A stretch of DNA of 63,176 nucleotides, the filler included, from Halocafeteria seosinensis (lineage: Eukaryota): the NCBI GenBank assembly GCA_001687465.1. It is 7 parts of 7 records of this genome, joined end to end, with 100 filler letters (N's around TTAATTAATTAA, not from the genome) between each part and the next. Parts side by side here need not be neighbours in the genome. Positions count along the whole stretch, not along the records: positions 53,449 to 58,966 come from LVLI01000075.1; positions 59,067 to 61,707 come from LVLI01000089.1; positions 61,808 to 63,176 come from LVLI01000107.1; 4 more parts are not named here. One strand, 5' to 3'. The position numbers were made by a program, and so were the translations under genes. Shown piece after piece: positions 57,013-63,176 of this stretch; the stretch's first letter is position 1; each line of letters begins with the position of its first letter. The notes under the pieces are model-generated. The model did no database searches and had not been told where the DNA came from. It was given only the letters and a program-made list of their open reading frames with translations.

Positions 57013-57601
57013 GGGGTATCAGCCAAGCGTTCATAGCGACGTTGCTTTTTGATTCTTCGATGTCGGCTCTTCCTATCATACCCCCGTGTATTGTTGCCAG
57101 CTTCCTCTTGCACGTATAAGTCAATTCGTGTAGCTTGCTCTTCGGCTGTTCTCGAATCCGGATTCCACCGGAGATGATCCATCTTCGTCACTGCCTCTGG
57201 TCGAGAATTGATGGACTTCGTTCTCGAAAGTCGTTCCATCCCTGCGCTGGGGTTTCCTCTAGCGCGCGCTTTGTGTCCCCTTTTGTTGTTTTTCCAAAGG
57301 GCACCCACGGGGGCAATGCATCTACCTTTCTTGAAGTACTGTGAACTTCCAAACTACAAAAAAGGTTCTAAGGGCGGGAATCATCTCGCTTCCTTTCCAG
57401 CGCAATTCAATGTAATGAATGATGCCTATTATTACCTGGCATTGTTGATGCGAGGAGCATGTTATTTTGTTCCCTTTGGTAGCTTCTGTTCTTTCTGTGT
57501 GTTGTTTCATAATACGTTTACACTGGTTGTATTAGCCTGTCTGTGTAAGTGTATACAAACAGATGCTAGATAAAGTTTATTACCAACGTTTGTAGGAGAC
57601 G

Positions 57602-58966
57602 ATGCCGAAGAAGGGAGCTTCTAGTATTAGTACGGCCGCTACAAGACGTCCCAATACCAGACAAACAGCAAATGAGAACCGTCAGACCCAGAAAAGAGCC
57701 CATCCAGATTCAGGCTGTCAAGGGGAATCGGGGACGAAAAATACCCAAAAGAGTACTAGTACGGCCGCTACAAGACGTCCCAATACCAGACAAACAGCTA
57801 ATGAGAACCGTCAGACCCAGAAAAGAGCCCATCCAGATTCAGGCTGTCCAGGGGAATCGGGGACGAAAAATACCCAAAAGAGGTCCAAGAGGGCATCTTA
57901 CAACAAGCAACGGCAAGCGTCTACAGGCACAGGTGGTACAAGTAGCGTGGCACAATCGGGGCAGCAACATAAGGCTAGTGGACAACAGGCGTCTTCCGTG
58001 GCGAGCTCTTCCTCCGTGGAGGGGAAAGCGAGTGGTCGGTCGGCTTCCAACGCGAAGAAAACAAGGCCCCACGTTAGTACAAGGGCACTGCTGCAAGCCA
58101 ATGACACCGGTAAACCAAAAGTGTTAATACCATCTTCGGCTACCCGAGAAGAGGAGAATAGGTTAAAGGAAGAGTACAAAGCGAAACCAGCACAGTATGG
58201 TGGAAATCGTTCCAGCGGTGAACAATCGGCGTCTGATACAACTCCAGGGAAACGCCACTCACGGCGACAAACAGCCGAAATTGTTAGTTCAGAGCGAATA
58301 ACAAATGAGAGCCGTACAAGCGGTCGGCAGAAAAGAGCGCATTCACAGGAATCGAGGAAGGAAAGTATGGGAAAACAGGCTGCAGCTTCCAATGCCAGTA
58401 CAAACAGAACAGGGAAACGGAGCAGCGATGGCAATGGCCAACAAAATGGTACTGAGACCTAATTCGTCGAATTAGCATGTGACTTTTCTTTTTTTGAACT
58501 AATTGTTTCCTTTCGTGCTCCCAATCATCGCTTGCAGATTTGATACAGTTGCTTTTAGAATGGGTCGCGCAGCAAGAAGCCAAGACAGTCGGCGGTTTGC
58601 AGAAAGCAGAAGCGTCCAAGATTGCGACAATGATTGATGAAGATCAAAGTGACGTTTTCCCAGGGGAGTATCCTTTTGATACGGCGGAGTCTATCATGAT
58701 GTATATCAAAAAGTGCCTCCAGGGTTCAGAACAGAGCAAGAAGGATAAGGCACAAGAACTCGCCAACTTCCTAATGAAGAAAGTAGTGAACGCGTTTCCT
58801 GCTTATTATGGTATGTATTATAGTGTTGAGACTCATCACCCTTTCTTCGCAGGTCTTTCATCTCAGTCTATAATATATGTTCGCTTATATTGCGTTGTTG
58901 CTTGTTTGCAGGAGGCGGCGGTGCAAGCTCAAGTTCCATGTATGCGTGGTTGCAAAAGCAGGGAGC
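57602..58966 (+). CDS. Hypothetical spliced gene with basic disordered N-terminus (3'-truncated at linker)
   Basis: ORF 57602-58462 joins ORF 58540-59022 through a probable GT-AG intron at about 58449-58537; a second GTATG...CAG intron is likely near 58811-58911. Confidence 0.6.
57628..57882 (+). repeat. 129-bp (43-aa) near-perfect tandem duplication
   Basis: AGTACGGCCGCTACAAGACG starts at 57629 and 57758. Confidence 0.95.
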
Positions 58967-59066
58967 NNNNNNNNNNNNNNNNNNNNNNNNNNNNNNNNNN
59001 NNNNNNNNNNTTAATTAATTAANNNNNNNNNNNNNNNNNNNNNNNNNNNNNNNNNNNNNNNNNNNN
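58967..59066. other. Artificial 100-bp linker
   Basis: N-run/TTAATTAATTAA/N-run. Confidence 0.99.
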
Positions 59067-61707
59067 AGATTGGTATCATCGAGTAGCAGCAGTAGTGTGA
59101 GTGTGACATCGAGCGTGACAACTTCGAGTACCGGTTCGTCATCGATAAGTGGGAGTAGTACTGGATCAGCAAGTGTCAGTGTGAGCCCGTCAAGCAGTAT
59201 GAGTGTGTCGTCAAGTCCTTCGATGTCTTCTTCATCGAGTCCGAGTGTTTCTGCAAGTCCGTCTACAAGTCCATCGGGAAGCTCGTCGATGACAACAAGT
59301 CCGTCTAGCTCTATCTCGGTATCAATGAGTAGCAGCAGTAGTGTGAGTGTGACATCGAGCGTGACAACTTCGAATACCGGCAGTAGTGTGAGTGTGACAT
59401 CGAGCGTGACAACTTCGAATACTGGTTCTCCATCGATAAGTGGGAGTAGTAGTGGATCGGCAAGTGTCAGTATGAGCCCGTCAAGCAGTATGAGTGTGTC
59501 GTCAAGTCCATCGGGAAGCTCGTCGATGACAACAAGTCCGTCTAGCTCTAGTTTGGTATCATCGAGTAGCAGCAGTAGTGTGAGTGTGACATCGAGCGTG
59601 ACAACTTCTAATACCGGCAGTAGTGTGAGTGTGACATCGAGCGTGACAACTTCGAATACTGGTTCTCCATCGATAAGTGGGAGTAGTAGTGGATCGGCAA
59701 GTGTCAGTACGAGCCCGTCAAGCAGTATGAGTGTGTCGTCAAGTCCATCGGGAAGCTCGTCGATGACAACAAGTCCGTCTAGCTCTAGTTTGGTATCATC
59801 GAGTAGCAGCAGTAGTGTGAGTGTGACATCGAGCGTGACAACTTCGAGTACCGGTTCTCCATCGATAAGTGGGAGTAGTAGTGGATCGGCAAGTGTCAGT
59901 ATGAGCCCGTCAAGCAGTATGAGTGTGTCGTCAAGTCCTTCGATGTCTTCTTCATCGAGTCCGAGTGTTTCTACAAGTCCGTCTACAAGTCCATCGGGAA
60001 GCTCGTCGATGACAACAAGTGCGTCTAGCTCTAGTTTGGTATCATCGAGTAGCAGCAGTAGTGTGAGTGTGACATCGAGCGTGACAACTTCGAATACCGG
60101 TTCTCCATCGATAAGTGGGAGTAGTAGTGGATCAGCAAGTGTCAGTATGAGCCCGTCAAGCAGTATGAGTGTGTCGTCAAGTCCTTCGATGTCTTCTTCA
60201 TCGAGTCCGAGTGTTTCTGCGAGTCCGTCTACAAGTCCATCGGGAAGTTCGTCGATGACAACAAGTCCGTCTAGCTCTAGCTCGGTATCATCGAGTAGCA
60301 GCAGTAGTGTGAGTGTGACATCGAGCGTGACAACTTCGAGTACCGGCAGTAGTGTGAGTGTGACATCGATAAGTGGGAGTAGTAGTGGATCAGCAAGTGT
60401 CAGTGTGAGCCCGTCAAGCAGTATGAGTGTGTCGTCAAGTCCTTCGATGTCTTCTTCATCGAGTCCGAGTGTTTCTGCAAGTCCGTCTACAAGTCCATCG
60501 GGAAGCTCGTCGATGACAACAAGTCCGTCTAGCTCTAGCTCGGTATCAATGAGTAGCAGCAGTAGTGTGAGTGTGACATCGAGCGTGACAACTTCTAATA
60601 CCGGCAGTAGTGTGAGTGTGACATCGAGCGTGACAACTTCGAATACTGGTTCTCCATCGATAAGTGGGAGTAGTAGTGGATCGGCAAGTGTCAGTATGAG
60701 CCCGTCAAGCAGTATGAGTGTGTCGTCAAGTCCATCGGGAAGCTCGTCGATGACAACAAGTCCGTCTAGCTCTAGTTTGGTATCATCGAGTAGCAGCAGT
60801 AGTGTGAGTGTGACATCGAGCGTGACAACTTCGAATACCGGCAGTAGTGTGAGTGTGACATCGATAAGTGGGAGTAGTAGTGGATCAGCAAGTGTCAGTA
60901 TTAGCCCGTCAAGAAGTATGAGTGTGTCGTCAAGTCCTTCGATGTCTTCTTCATCGAGTCCGAGTGTTTCTGCGAGTCCGTCTACAAGTCCATCGGGAAG
61001 TTCGTCGATGACGACAAGTCCGTCTAGCTCTAGCTCGGTATCATCGAGTAGCAGCAGTAGTGTAAGTGTGACATCGAGCGTGACAACTTCGAGTACCGGC
61101 AGTAGTGTGAGTGTGACATCGAGCGTGACAACTTCGAATACCGGTTCTCCATCGATAAGTGGGAGTAGTAGTGGATCAGCAAGTGTCAGTGTGAGCCCGT
61201 CAAGCAGTATGAGTGTGTCGTCAAGTCCTTCGATGTCTTCTTCATCGAGTCCGAGTGTTTCTGCAAGTCCGTCTACAAGTCCATCGGGTAGTTCGTCGAT
61301 GACAACAAGCCCGTCTAGCTCTAGTTTGGTATCATCGAGTAGCAGCAGTAGTGTGAGTGTGACATCGAGCGTGACAACTTCGAGTACCGGTTCTCCATCG
61401 ATAAGTGGGAGTAGTAGTGGATCGGCAAGTGTCAGTGTGAGCCCGTCAAGCAGTATGAGTGTGTCGTCAAGTCCTTCGATGTCTTCTTCATCGAGTCCGA
61501 GTGTTTCTGCGAGTCCGTCTACAAGTCCATCGGGAAGTTCGTCGATGACAACAAGTCCGTCTAGCTCTAGCTCGGTATCATCGAGTAGCAGCAGTAGTGG
61601 GAGTGTGACATCGAGCGTGACAACTTCGAGTACCGGTTCTCCATCGATAAGTGGGAGTAGTAGTGGATCGGCGAGTGTCAGTGTGAGCCCGTCAAGCAGT
61701 ATGAGTG
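59067..61707 (+). CDS. Internal part of a serine-rich mucin-like protein made of modular tandem repeats
   Basis: The whole block is one open frame of Ser/Thr/Val/Pro/Met/Gly cassettes; no start or stop is inside the block. Confidence 0.75.
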
Positions 61708-61807
61708 NNNNNNNNNNNNNNNNNNNNNNNNNNNNNNNNNNNNNNNNNNNNTTAATTAATTAANNNNNNNNNNNNNNNNNNNNNNNNNNNNNNNNNNNNN
61801 NNNNNNN
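61708..61807. other. Artificial 100-bp linker
   Basis: N-run/TTAATTAATTAA/N-run. Confidence 0.99.
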
Positions 61808-63175
61808 AATTTGCGGCGCGGCATATAATAGCATTCGATATGTTACNCGTGACGCGCCGGGGGATGTGGTCTTTAATCGTATTGCATAGTCAAATTCTGA
61901 TTTTGTGATTTTACGAACGATTGAAAACCACATGTTTTCTTTGCAGGCTGATTTAACATGAAGTTCGCTGACAATTTCAGGAGGAATTCCGATATGATTC
62001 GTGTGGATCCACTTTTTGATCCTATTCAAAATCTCCTCTTTAGGTTTTGTAACGTCAGTTTCGGGACCAGGTGGTTCCATTGGCGGTACCCAATTCCTCA
62101 ATTGCTCCAAAGTTTGCTCCTCTCGTCTTGTATAATCAACATCTTCTGTCATCTCATCGGTTGCTGCCATAGGGTCCGCATTTCGTTCAAATATATCATC
62201 AAACATTCGCTTAAGGAACTTGTAACTATCTGTTGTAGGCGCATCACCATTTTTCTTTAATCTCATCTCTTTTCGTATTACATTTAGCTTTTCTTCATAG
62301 TGTCGTCTCCATTGGGCTATTTGTGAACGGCGATGAATATACCGACAATGCACAGTTTTTCGTATTATCCCCAGCAGGCTCTTGCAATTAGTTCTTTGTT
62401 CGGCTTTTTTCAACAGTTTGACGACTTTCGCCGTGTGTCTCCATTGTTTTCTACACAGTTGATTCCTGCTTGAGCCATGTTCTCTTTGGGAGCATATATT
62501 GTTGCTTCTTGGACAAATTGATTCATGCGTAGTTTTAATCACCTTCAGTAACCATTGGATACGCTCTGAAACTCCTTTTTGACTAAATTTATAGGGGATT
62601 CGCAGATTATCTTGCTGGGTTTGAATGCGATAGTAGCATCGACCCAATGAAAACACTCTTTGGATGTCCGGAGTCCCTAGAAAGATCTTTGCATTCTCAT
62701 ATGCTTCCGCCGAGCTCAGAAACTCATACCTATAAGAATGATTATTCAACAGCGTCCTTCTCAAAGACTTTAACGTGAACCCATAATACCCCAAAAGTCC
62801 ATCGATTCTTCCTGTTGTCATCCATGCATCTTTTCCGGAAAACAGTGTTAAGTACGAATTTGTGTCCGGAGAGTATTTTCGCATTCCATCACGGAACGTC
62901 TTCTCTAATTGGCCTTCAGCAGACGCCTTTACTTCTTCCGTCGATGTTTCCAACGTTTCTATCTCTCCCAGAACCATTTGATGATCCGAAATATGCGGCT
63001 CGTGTTGCATAGTAGCAACGCTTCTTACTTTGCACTCTTCTGACACAAGGATTAGGTCCTTCCTGCTATACACGGTTCCATTCTTTGTCTGCTGTTCATG
63101 CGTGTAGCCTTTATTTACCACCCTGTAGTGAGTGTCTAATAAAAAGTTGCGAAGTACCCCTGATGGTGTTCCCAC
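61808..63175 (-). mobile_element. APE-type non-LTR retrotransposon ORF2 fragment (end of endonuclease to just before RT)
   Basis: YTH...YSRKDLILVS...HISDHQMV (APE C-terminal motifs) and SPGASxVTYRML (pre-RT PGxDG-like motif); open across the block. Confidence 0.78.
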
Positions 63176-63176
63176 T

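Noticed and set aside
59067..61707. Possible CRISPR array
   Set aside because: No unique spacers and no cas genes; the units are in-frame coding cassettes.

Overview
This window is seven sequence blocks joined by six identical 100-bp artificial linkers (N-run, TTAATTAATTAA, N-run), so adjacency across linkers is unproven. Most blocks look like the nuclear genome of a eukaryotic microbe; protist-like is an inference from short GT-AG introns and gene content. They carry spliced SEC31 and LSM3 genes, several large secreted or surface proteins (GLUG-repeat, CxxC-repeat, multi-pass membrane, Ser-rich mucin-like), three Crinkler-like NTPase/restriction-endonuclease-fold genes, and a tandem pair of conserved unknown genes. 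A dense set of transposons is present: a hAT element with intact TIRs and an 8-bp TSD, a pogo-like element carrying SAP-like and chromo-like modules, a non-LTR family combining an RLE-type motif with RNase H, and an APE-type LINE fragment. Two blocks (1-3268 and 27294-31726) are AT-richer, intronless and virus-like. The first has a D5/SF3 helicase tail, an iteron-like intergenic region, a retroviral-type integrase with chromodomain and fibre-like proteins; the second has a NUMOD4-HNH-AP2 endonuclease and two adhesin/fibre proteins. These are the best candidates for an undescribed virophage or Polinton-like integrating virus. All family assignments come from reading motifs by eye; no database search was run.
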